A stretch of 64,000 nt of DNA from a bacterium. Lineage in GTDB: Bacteria; Patescibacteriota; UBA1384; CAILIB01. This document shows, one piece after another, positions 20,939-29,159 of this stretch (its first letter is position 1; every line of letters begins with the position of its first letter). Position numbers and translations under genes: made by a program. The notes beneath the pieces are model-generated. The model saw only the letters and a list, made by a program, of their open reading frames with translations, did not search any database and was not told where the DNA came from. The stretch is from assembly GCA_037131105.1 (NCBI GenBank), contig JBAXRQ010000001.1, positions 194,039-258,038 of the forward strand, in the 5' to 3' direction.

Positions 20939-21254
20939 TCCTGCAAAGTGCGAGATCGAGCTACGTCCAAAGGATGGGCAGGGCGCTCTTTTGGCCCTGG
21001 TATCCTTTACCCAGGACGGAACAAAGCTACGGGGATTCAGACTCAAGGACGGACCTTACGGCCTTTGGTTGGAAGAGCCAAAGATTAGGACCGGCAAGGG
21101 CTGGATCTCCATATACTTTGATGAGGACAAGGCCCGGTTCAAGGCCCTCCAAGATGCTGTTGTCGCACAGTACCAGAGGCAGAATATCGGCAGAGAAGGA
21201 ATGACGCTCAGTGAACTTGAGGAGGTGGAGAAGATCATGGAACAGCCATTCTAA
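20925..21254 (+). CDS. SpoVG-like nucleic-acid-binding protein
   Basis: LLALVSF...LRGFRLKDGPYGLWLEEP pattern; GGAGG RBS. Confidence 0.55.
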   Translation: MVMIDPAKCEIELRPKDGQGALLALVSFTQDGTKLRGFRLKDGPYGLWLEEPKIRTGKGWISIYFDEDKARFKALQDAVVAQYQRQNIGREGMTLSELEEVEKIMEQPF

Positions 21255-21489
21255 GTGCCAGATCACACCATATAGTAACTGTTACTATATGGTAACCGTA
21301 AATATATGGTTACAGTGACCCTTCCTTTTAACAAGTGACTATGGGTGGTAAAGTTAGGGTGCTACCCAATCCGACAATACCAAGAGCTATTTGTTTGCTT
21401 GCTGCCTGAGAGGGCGGTTCAGCCAGAAAGCTATGCTCTTGCGTAGTCGGACTGGGTAGCCTGAACCGCCCTTTTAGTAACCCTAAACT

Positions 21490-23061
21490 ATGAAAGCAGT
21501 GCTATTGTGTCGTGTCTCAAGCAGAGATCAGGAACTAAGCGGATACTCTCTTCCCGCTCAGGAGAAGCTCCTTTCTCAGTATGCAGAGAACAAGGGACTA
21601 AAGGTGGACAAGGTGTATGCAATATCGGAGTCGGCAAGTGGTAGCAGCACTAGAAAGACGTTCAATGAGATGATGTCCTATATCCAGAAGGAAAAGGTGG
21701 GGTGTATCATTGCCGAGAAAGTCGACCGACTGACCCGTGAACTTAAGACGGCGGTCGCAATGAATGAGTGGTTAGAGGGAGACGACGGGCGTCAGCTCCA
21801 TCTGGTTAAGGATTCCCTGATCCTCCACAAGAACTCCCGAAGCCAGGAGAAGTTAAACTGGGGACTTCGGGTTATTCTTGCTAAGAACTACACGGACAAC
21901 CTTTCGGAGGAAGTCAGAAAGGGCTGGCAGGAGAAGATATCGCAGGGCTGGTATCCGGGTCATGCAAAGTTCGGGTATCGGTCTGTGGATGAGGGCCGAC
22001 GCAAGGTTATCGAGGTGGACCCGGTAACGGCACAGTGGGTGGTTAAGATGTTCGAAGCATATGGAAGCGGAGAGTACTCGCTTAAGTCCCTTGAGCAGAA
22101 GCTGTTTGCAGAGGGCCTCAGAACGATGCGTGGCAAGAAGGTCTCTGACACCAATATCAGGACCTATCTATCTGACAAATTCTACATCGGGAAGTTTGAC
22201 TGGTGTGGAGTCACGTACGAAGGCAAGCACCGTCCGATCATCAGTAGGAGTACGTTTGAGTTTGTCCAGGCCCGACTTGCGGGAAAGAAGCCGCCGAAGC
22301 ACTCCAAGCACGAGCACCTGTTTGGCGGGACATTCATGTGCGGATATTGCCAGGGCACCATAAGCTGGGAGGCACACAAAGGATTCAAATACGGTCACTG
22401 CAACCATCACAGGGAGTGCCCCTCAAAGAAGTGGGCTCGTGAGGACGAGGTGGACGAGGTTGTTGCTACTATATTTGGCAGGCTAGTTGTTTCAAGCCCT
22501 AGGCTCCAAGCCTGGCTAAGCAGGTCCTTAAAGGAGGTGCATAGGGAGGACGAGGATACACGTACCTCAGATCTAGTAATTCTCAACAAGCGACACGACC
22601 AAGTCTGCGCCATGATCGACAGGCTTTATGACGACAAGTTAGAAGGGCTTATTGACCGTGATATGTATGATAGAAAGTTCAAGCAGCTTGCAGAAGAGAA
22701 AGAAGGGCTGGCAAGCTCGATTCACGAGAAGTCCACGATGGGAACAGAGGCCACTGCACGAGCCGCAGAAGTATTCGATATCTTCCAGCAGGGTGAGCTG
22801 ATATATCGCAAGTCAAACGTGGCTACGAAACGAAAGATGGTACGTACTGTGTTTGAGGTCCTGGAGATCAGGGATAAGCAGGTCTCAGTAAGGTTTCGTC
22901 CTGAGTTTGAGGTACTTGCTAAGGCCGTGCTGCACACCAATGGTTCGAAGGTGGAGGATTTAGAGCCGTGTAGGGATAATATTTTCGAACTTGATAAAGT
23001 AGGCTCCTATAAAAAAGAAATAGGCACACTAGTGCCTACTTACTCTTCTTGGCGGGAGTGA
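21490..23061 (+). CDS. Large serine recombinase (integrase)
   Basis: CRVSS catalytic Ser, KVDRLTR, recombinase domain, CGYC/C..C zinc ribbon, coiled coil; ends inside att site. Confidence 0.95.
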   Translation: MKAVLLCRVSSRDQELSGYSLPAQEKLLSQYAENKGLKVDKVYAISESASGSSTRKTFNEMMSYIQKEKVGCIIAEKVDRLTRELKTAVAMNEWLEGDDGRQLHLVKDSLILHKNSRSQEKLNWGLRVILAKNYTDNLSEEVRKGWQEKISQGWYPGHAKFGYRSVDEGRRKVIEVDPVTAQWVVKMFEAYGSGEYSLKSLEQKLFAEGLRTMRGKKVSDTNIRTYLSDKFYIGKFDWCGVTYEGKHRPIISRSTFEFVQARLAGKKPPKHSKHEHLFGGTFMCGYCQGTISWEAHKGFKYGHCNHHRECPSKKWAREDEVDEVVATIFGRLVVSSPRLQAWLSRSLKEVHREDEDTRTSDLVILNKRHDQVCAMIDRLYDDKLEGLIDRDMYDRKFKQLAEEKEGLASSIHEKSTMGTEATARAAEVFDIFQQGELIYRKSNVATKRKMVRTVFEVLEIRDKQVSVRFRPEFEVLAKAVLHTNGSKVEDLEPCRDNIFELDKVGSYKKEIGTLVPTYSSWRE

Positions 23062-23126
23062 CCGGGTTCGAACCGGCGACCTCCACAGTGACAGTGTGGC
23101 GCTCTAACCAGCTGAGCTACACCCCC
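23050..23126 (-). tRNA. tRNA-Asp(GTC)
   Basis: Cloverleaf GGGGGTG...CACTCCC-G-CCA, anticodon loop CTGTCAC. Confidence 0.95.
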
Positions 23127-23195
23127 GCGCTTCAACCACTATAGCCGAAAGCTGGCCCCAGGTCTAGATCCTCCGTCCGATGTGCCCGTAGCTTG

Positions 23196-24113
23196 CTACG
23201 ACCCCACATAGGTTCGGATGTGGCCGTCCTTGTGCAGCTTGGCTAGGTAGTCGTCTAGACTAAGATCTACGCTTCCCGTCCGCTTGGTGATCAGGAGTAG
23301 GTGCCAGCCCAGCTTGCTGCGCACCGGGTCGGACACCTGTCCCACCGGTAGGCTAAAGATTGCTTTCTCAAAGTCGGCTGAGAATGTCGTGCTGACATCC
23401 CCGCGGGTAGTGGTGCCTAGGTTACCACCCTTGTCTCGTGAGGCGGTATCCTCTGAGTGCTGCTTGACTGCGTCTCCAAAGCTGGCGGCATCGCTTATCT
23501 TTGAGCGTACGTCGCTGGCACGGGCTTTGGCGGCATTGACGTCAGCTTCAGAAGCTCCAGCTGGAACTGCAATGAGCAGGTGCTTTACATCTGCCTGTAC
23601 CAGGAGCTGCTTCTCGACGGCAGATTCGGCCAGGTATTCGCGTGTCAGTAGGCGGAAGTCGGCTAGATCCATCTGGTCGCCATACTGGTCAGTAAGAAAC
23701 TTTTCAAGATTAGCCTGTCCGCCGATCTGTTTGTACACGTTGTTAAGAGAAGTGTCGACATCAGAATCGGTGATGACGATGGTATGTGAAGTCAGGGCCT
23801 GTTGGTAAAGCTGGCCGTTGACCAGGCGCTCCATGACGCTTTTCTGGATAGCGGCATCAGTGGTATTCAGTTTGTTCTTTGCGACCAGATTCTTGCGGGC
23901 TGCCACTTCCTTGCGGTAACGCGACAGCGGGATCATGGTGCCGTTCACGTAGCCAGCTGGGTACGGAAAGATCCGCTCTATTGTAGTAGTCCACCGGTTG
24001 GTGGCATGGTAATGGCATATAGCCACGGCGGTACCTCCTATGGTTAGGAAGTAGAGGCAGCTCAAGGCGACGGCGATGATCCCTCCTTGGACCAGGATCC
24101 GGCGGGCGTACAT
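23196..24113 (-). CDS. PrsA/SurA-like peptidyl-prolyl isomerase
   Basis: SurA N-domain, HLLI, SED.ASRDKGGNLG, PVRSKLGWH. Confidence 0.9.
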   Translation of the reverse strand: MYARRILVQGGIIAVALSCLYFLTIGGTAVAICHYHATNRWTTTIERIFPYPAGYVNGTMIPLSRYRKEVAARKNLVAKNKLNTTDAAIQKSVMERLVNGQLYQQALTSHTIVITDSDVDTSLNNVYKQIGGQANLEKFLTDQYGDQMDLADFRLLTREYLAESAVEKQLLVQADVKHLLIAVPAGASEADVNAAKARASDVRSKISDAASFGDAVKQHSEDTASRDKGGNLGTTTRGDVSTTFSADFEKAIFSLPVGQVSDPVRSKLGWHLLLITKRTGSVDLSLDDYLAKLHKDGHIRTYVGS

Positions 24114-24122
24114 GTGTGGGGG

Positions 24123-25544
24123 TTAGCTCTTGGAGCTGGCTACGTAGAGAACTTCGAAATTACTACCTGAAGAGAGAGGGGAGCCACTCTGTGAGGTGGT
24201 ATTGAAGAAGTTGGAAAGGTAATTGTGAGAAAACGGCTTGTTTCCGTTGGTATCGTAGAGGGCAGTCTGCCGGATGCTACCGCGGTATGGGGTGGTAGAA
24301 AGGCTGGCCTTGTATCCGTAGGTGCTTAGGGTGGTTACCAAGGCTTGGGCCTGCTTGACGGTAGTGCTTCCAGCTGGTGTCACGCTGATGGTCGCAGCTT
24401 CTTTGGCGATAAAGGGATCCGGGTTATTCTTCTGGAACCAGGTATGGATGGCGGAGTAGTTGCTCAGCCCCAAGACCGGATAGGAGATGTAACCGGCAGC
24501 GGTACCGGAACCGCTAGTGAGCAGACCTAGGGAGTCGGTGGTATCCAGGACACTGGTAGTGGTCTGGCTGGCGGGGATGTCTTTGTAGATACCCATGGCC
24601 TTCTGGATGTCCCCAGCCTGCATGTCGGTCCTGATGTGCTTGCCGAGGGTGGTAATGATGTTGGTCAGTTTGACTGGATTGGAAAGGGTGCCAAGCGAGA
24701 GGCCCTTCTGCTTGAGGGCGGCGATGACCAGTTGCTGCCGAGCAGAGCGGTCAAAGTCGCTGGTCGTCTCACGGGAGCGTGCATAGCGCAATGCGGTGGT
24801 ACCGTTCATGTGCTGCAGGCCGGCTGAAATATGGAAGGGACTGTAGCCGACGGTATTGTCATCAGGGAAGAACGGGTCAGTAATGGCCTTGGGTACGTTG
24901 ACGTCGATCCCACCCAGGGTATCTACCAGCTCCTTGGCTCCTGAGAAGTCAAGCAAGATGAAGTTTGAGACGTTGACGCCGAGTACGTTGCCTACAACCT
25001 GTCTTAGCAGATAGCCACCGTTTCCAGCCTTGGTCTGCTCGCCATCTCCGTATGCCTCGTTGATCTTGTGGGAGCCGAAACCGGGAATATTGACGTACAA
25101 GTCTCGGGGTATGGAGGTAATGCCCACCTTCTTGTTGATGGTGTCGATGGAAAGGACCTGGATAGAGTCGGTAAGTAGGGCGCCGGGATGGCCATCTCCG
25201 CCGATGCCTACCATTACCACATTGAAACGTCCGTCACCTGCCTGCTTGAACTGGCTGGCGCTAAGAGAAGAAAGTGACTGGCTGGGGTCGTAGGAAAGGA
25301 TGGAAGAACTGTCGCCCTGATGCTCGATGATGATCTCGCTTCTTACCCCGTTAAAGTAGGCATAGGCGTAGGTACCGCCTCCTGCAAGAAGTAGGAGAAG
25401 CGAGAGAGCAAACATGCGCCGCCAGGTAATGCGTGTGCGTTTTTTCTTGATAGGAGGCATGGCCATGACTCGCGGCAGAGGCCTGCGAACCTGATTGGCA
25501 CTATAAGGAGAGCTCTTGGAGTTGACGGGGGTCGGGTTGATCAT
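24123..25544 (-). CDS. LCP (LytR-CpsA-Psr) family protein
   Basis: LTDSI, SIPRDLYV, KINEAY, ALRYARSR, SDFDRSARQQ; TM. Confidence 0.92.
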   Translation of the reverse strand: MINPTPVNSKSSPYSANQVRRPLPRVMAMPPIKKKRTRITWRRMFALSLLLLLAGGGTYAYAYFNGVRSEIIIEHQGDSSSILSYDPSQSLSSLSASQFKQAGDGRFNVVMVGIGGDGHPGALLTDSIQVLSIDTINKKVGITSIPRDLYVNIPGFGSHKINEAYGDGEQTKAGNGGYLLRQVVGNVLGVNVSNFILLDFSGAKELVDTLGGIDVNVPKAITDPFFPDDNTVGYSPFHISAGLQHMNGTTALRYARSRETTSDFDRSARQQLVIAALKQKGLSLGTLSNPVKLTNIITTLGKHIRTDMQAGDIQKAMGIYKDIPASQTTTSVLDTTDSLGLLTSGSGTAAGYISYPVLGLSNYSAIHTWFQKNNPDPFIAKEAATISVTPAGSTTVKQAQALVTTLSTYGYKASLSTTPYRGSIRQTALYDTNGNKPFSHNYLSNFFNTTSQSGSPLSSGSNFEVLYVASSKS

Positions 25545-25639
25545 GCCCCCTCACTATATCGGGAAACGGCCATTTATTCAATCCAATTAGGTCTGGGTTC
25601 TCCGGCAGTGGTTGGGAATAGTTTTGAGACGTATCCCGA

Positions 25640-25745
25640 ATTAATCCTATAGGGGGTGAAATACTTTTGAGACGTATCCCGGAGGGATACAGGTATATGG
25701 AGATTTCCTTGAGTCGATCAGTATTTCACCCCCTATAGGATTAAT
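25640..25745. repeat. Conserved core flanked by 26-bp locus-specific inverted repeat (copy 1)
   Basis: Arms 25640-25665 / 25720-25745 perfect IR; core TTTGAGACGTATCCCGGAGGGATAC...TTGAGTCGATC shared with 36260-36310; partial extra core at 25622-25638. Confidence 0.85.
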
Positions 25746-26821
25746 AGTGCATCGCCGAACGAGAAGAACCGGTAGCGTTCTTTGATAGCCTCAGCGTAGA
25801 TGGTATGGAGCTGGGCAAGCATTGCCGACTCTGAGTCGACCACTCCCTTTCCTGGCCTGTTACCTAGGAACGCAGCTACCAGAAGTAGGAGTGAAGACTT
25901 GGGAAGGTGGAAGTTGGTGAGCAAAGCGTCTACTGCCTGAAAGCGATAGCCGGGATAGATGAACATATCAGTCTGGCTCCAGCCGGTCGTAATGTGATTC
26001 CCGGTTTCTATACGAGACTCGAGAGTACGGGTAGAAGTGGTCCCAACGGCCAACAGGGGGCGTCCCAAGCTGCGAGCAGCTTCAATCTCGGCGCCAGTAC
26101 CGGGACTGATATAGGTGGCTTCGTTGTGGAGTATATTTTCTTCGACTACTTCCTTGCGAAGCGGAAGGAAGGTGCCGATACCTACGTTCAGGGTTACTTC
26201 CGACCAGCTATGGCCTGCCTTTTCCAGTCTGGAAATGAGGCCAGGGGTGAAGTGCAGACCGGCAGTGGGGGCGGCTGCCGAACCTATCTCACCGGCAAAA
26301 ACCGTCTGGTACTGGTCAGAACGGGCCTGGGAGGTGGTTATGTAGGGAGGCAGGGGTACCTCTCCGAAGCGGGCAAAGACCTCCTCGAATGGCAGTTCTG
26401 ACGTAAGGCGGAGTAGAAAAGTGGTCATGGCCTCCTGCTCATCTCGTCCGACGATCTCAGCTTCCAACGGTATTTCAGTCGTTTCTTCCTTTCCTACCTG
26501 GAATCTCAGAAGATCTCTCCTCTGTAGGCCTTTGCCACGTAGGAGACAGCGGTAGGTGTCGGGACCTTCGGCGTTCAGGAAGAGTACCTCTACAGTCTTG
26601 CTCTGGTGAGAGGCGTAGAGTCGGCAGTGCCGTACCCGGGTATTGTTTGCCACTATCAAGGTCTGCGGCGCGAGCAGCGAAGGTAGGTTAGCTACTGTGG
26701 CATGCGAGATGCTGGAATCCTCGCGACGAAATACCAACAGACGGGCCTGGTCACGAGGCTCGACAGGATTCTGGGCGATGAGCTCAGCAGGAAGCGAGAA
26801 GTCTATGTCAGACAGGCGCAT
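25733..26821 (-). CDS. queA: S-adenosylmethionine:tRNA ribosyltransferase-isomerase
   Basis: LIAQNP, PLPPYI, YQTVFA, AAPTAGLHF, TNFHLPKS, YRFFSFGDA. Confidence 0.96.
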   Translation of the reverse strand: MRLSDIDFSLPAELIAQNPVEPRDQARLLVFRREDSSISHATVANLPSLLAPQTLIVANNTRVRHCRLYASHQSKTVEVLFLNAEGPDTYRCLLRGKGLQRRDLLRFQVGKEETTEIPLEAEIVGRDEQEAMTTFLLRLTSELPFEEVFARFGEVPLPPYITTSQARSDQYQTVFAGEIGSAAAPTAGLHFTPGLISRLEKAGHSWSEVTLNVGIGTFLPLRKEVVEENILHNEATYISPGTGAEIEAARSLGRPLLAVGTTSTRTLESRIETGNHITTGWSQTDMFIYPGYRFQAVDALLTNFHLPKSSLLLLVAAFLGNRPGKGVVDSESAMLAQLHTIYAEAIKERYRFFSFGDALLIL

Positions 26822-27545
26822 TGGTCGGTGGGGTCTCTTCTGGCTGTACCGGAATGGCAGGTTGAATCGGCTGGACAGGCTGCGCTGGCTGCTCTCTGCG
26901 GGCGGCCTCAGTATGGAGAAGTGCCCCGATCTCTTCTAGTCCGTCAGCGGTCTTGATCGGATGGTTGTTGATGACTCCGACTACGGGAGCCAAGGGGAAT
27001 CGCTTGTTAACCTCCAGGTTGTCCTCCACCTGCTGCTTGAGGTCAAGTACGATGGCGGCAACTTCGCGAGGAAGGTAGATGTTCTCAATCATGAAGTTGT
27101 CCTTGGCGCCGGCAGTCTGCACCTCGACCTGGCCGTAATTGAATACGGTCTGGAATAGTCCGACTTCTTCAGAAGAGACATCCTCAACGTTTTCTAGGTC
27201 AAGCTCGGATATGCGACGGAAGAAAAGCATCTCTTGGCTGATTTCGACCAGGCGGCGGTCGGTGACTATTAAGATGTCCAGATAGAAGTCGAAAACGGCA
27301 ATAAAGAACACTAGTAGGGTCGCGAGCTGGAAGAGTCCAAGAAAGATAATACCAGCGTTCATAGAGAAGGGCGAAAGAGGCGTCAGCAGCTGGTTCTTTA
27401 CCACGTACTCTCCGAAGAAGGAGAAGGCCAGAATGGCAATGAAGATGGCGGCGGTAGGAACAAAAGCCAACGGATAGGGACGAGCAAAGACAAAGACCGG
27501 CTCGTTAGGCTGCTGATCGGGAAAGGAATGGCGGAGGTCATTCAT
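26808..27545 (-). CDS. Membrane protein with bacterial PH domain
   Basis: 2 TM then IVTDRRLV..., NYGQVEVQTAG. Confidence 0.75.
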   Translation of the reverse strand: MNDLRHSFPDQQPNEPVFVFARPYPLAFVPTAAIFIAILAFSFFGEYVVKNQLLTPLSPFSMNAGIIFLGLFQLATLLVFFIAVFDFYLDILIVTDRRLVEISQEMLFFRRISELDLENVEDVSSEEVGLFQTVFNYGQVEVQTAGAKDNFMIENIYLPREVAAIVLDLKQQVEDNLEVNKRFPLAPVVGVINNHPIKTADGLEEIGALLHTEAARREQPAQPVQPIQPAIPVQPEETPPTNAPV

Positions 27546-27546
27546 A

Positions 27547-27771
27547 TCAGAAGCTTTCGGGGACGACCTGGACGCTGTTTGCTGACAGGGCGCTGGTGTC
27601 CAGCAGGCCAATGGTATAAAAAACCGTCAGGAAGAACAGGATGACGAACAGGGTGAGGAGGATTACAGTGTGGTCGCCCTTGAACCGGTAGCGCAGGAAA
27701 CTGAGGATCATAACCAGTCCCAGCATAGCCAGGAGCACCACTACGGCAAAGTAGATGACCATGATACTCAT
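27547..27771 (-). CDS. Small 2-TM membrane protein
   Basis: Hydrophobic ORF between ruvB and PH gene. Confidence 0.6.
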   Translation of the reverse strand: MSIMVIYFAVVVLLAMLGLVMILSFLRYRFKGDHTVILLTLFVILFFLTVFYTIGLLDTSALSANSVQVVPESF

Positions 27772-27775
27772 GCGA

Positions 27776-28786
27776 TCATGATAGCCCATCCACTGCGAGG
27801 TGCCTAGTGGCGGCCTCAGTGAGAATTCTGCCTCTGGGGGTCCGGTCTAGTAGCCCTAGGCGGAGCAGGAACGGCTCGATGACATCCTCAATGGTGGCAG
27901 CCTCTTCGCCAGTAGCTGCGGCGAGGGTGTCCAGGCCTACTGGACCGCCCGAAAACTGGGTATGCATGATGGTGAGTAACTGCCGGTCGGTCTTGTCGAG
28001 GCCCAAGTGGTCTATCTGCAGCTGCCGGAGGGCTAGTTCGACTTCCTCAATACCGATATGGTCGTGGTTTTTTACCAGGGCAAAGTCGCGCAGCCTGCGA
28101 AGAAGACGGTTGGCCACCCGGGGTGTACGGCGGGCGCGTCCAGCCAGGTGCAGGAGGGCCGGCTGGGTTATGTCCATATTAAGAAGCCTGCTGCTACGAT
28201 CCAGGATGGCGGCAAGGTCTTCTTCCTCATAGTAGTCTAGTCGGTGTAGTAGGCCGAACCTCTCACGTAACGGCTGGGAAAGGGCGCCTGCACGGGTAGT
28301 AGCTCCTACTAGCGTAAAGGCCGGCAGATCCAGGCGAAGACTTCTGGCGCTGGGACCTTTGCCGAGCATGATATCTAGGCAGCCGTCTTCCATTGCCGGG
28401 TAGAGGATCTCCTCAATACTTCGCTGCATGCGGTGGATCTCGTCAATGAACAGGATGTCGCCTTCTTGTAAGTTGGTAAGGATGGCGGCTAGGTCGCCGG
28501 CCTTTGAGATGACCGGTCCTGAGGTAGTGCGAAGGTTGCCACCCATTTCCTTGGCGATAAGGTGGGCGAGGGAGGTCTTGCCTAGACCGGGCGGTCCGTA
28601 CAGGAGGACATGATCAACGGTAGTGTGGCGTTTTTTGGCTGACTCGATGGCAATGCGCAGGCTCTCTTTTACGCTGGACTGGCCGACGTAATCAGAGAAG
28701 GAGTCAGGGCGCAAGGACCTCTCAAGAGGCTCCTCTTCGCTGCCCGTAATTGGTGATAGGAGGGAATCTTCGGGATTCATATGCAC
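27776..28786 (-). CDS. ruvB: Holliday junction helicase RuvB
   Basis: SLRP, GPPGLGKT, FIDEIHR, GATTRAG, RTPRGR. Confidence 0.98.
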   Translation of the reverse strand: MHMNPEDSLLSPITGSEEEPLERSLRPDSFSDYVGQSSVKESLRIAIESAKKRHTTVDHVLLYGPPGLGKTSLAHLIAKEMGGNLRTTSGPVISKAGDLAAILTNLQEGDILFIDEIHRMQRSIEEILYPAMEDGCLDIMLGKGPSARSLRLDLPAFTLVGATTRAGALSQPLRERFGLLHRLDYYEEEDLAAILDRSSRLLNMDITQPALLHLAGRARRTPRVANRLLRRLRDFALVKNHDHIGIEEVELALRQLQIDHLGLDKTDRQLLTIMHTQFSGGPVGLDTLAAATGEEAATIEDVIEPFLLRLGLLDRTPRGRILTEAATRHLAVDGLS

Positions 28787-29159
28787 ATAGTATCACAAAA
28801 CCTTCTTAGGCGTTCGTATGAAATAGTATGAAGTTTGGGTACAAACTGGAAAAGTTGTTTATGATAGTTGACATCGACTCGGACGGTTCCCTATGCTGAA
28901 TACGTTGACCCGCATTTTCCGTTTTATCTTGACAGGACTTATCTGCCTGGATGTATTTCAAGGAAGGGCCGAGTATCTGCCTGAGGCGTACTTAAGGGTA
29001 CGTTGAGGAAGGAACGGAGGACCTGACGAAGAAAGGCGACAAGCAGGAGAGTCCTGAATGACGTATGCACCTATGCTATGGCTAGCCTGACCAGCATGGG
29101 GAGTCACCAGGCACCAGCCCAAAGAGGGGGTACACCAAATAATCCGTTAACAGCACGTT

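Larger units (their letters stand above)
14301..23058. mobile_element. Serine-recombinase genomic island integrated at tRNA-Asp 3' end
   Basis: Direct repeat TGGCGGGAG at 14301-14309 and 23050-23058 (tRNA 3' end); recombinase ORF runs into it; the tRNA 3'-flank hairpin is displaced to 14263-14303. Confidence 0.85.

Noticed and set aside
25622-25720. CRISPR array (repeat-spacer-repeat look)
   Set aside because: Only one full and one partial repeat, no cas genes in the window; reported as an unexplained element instead
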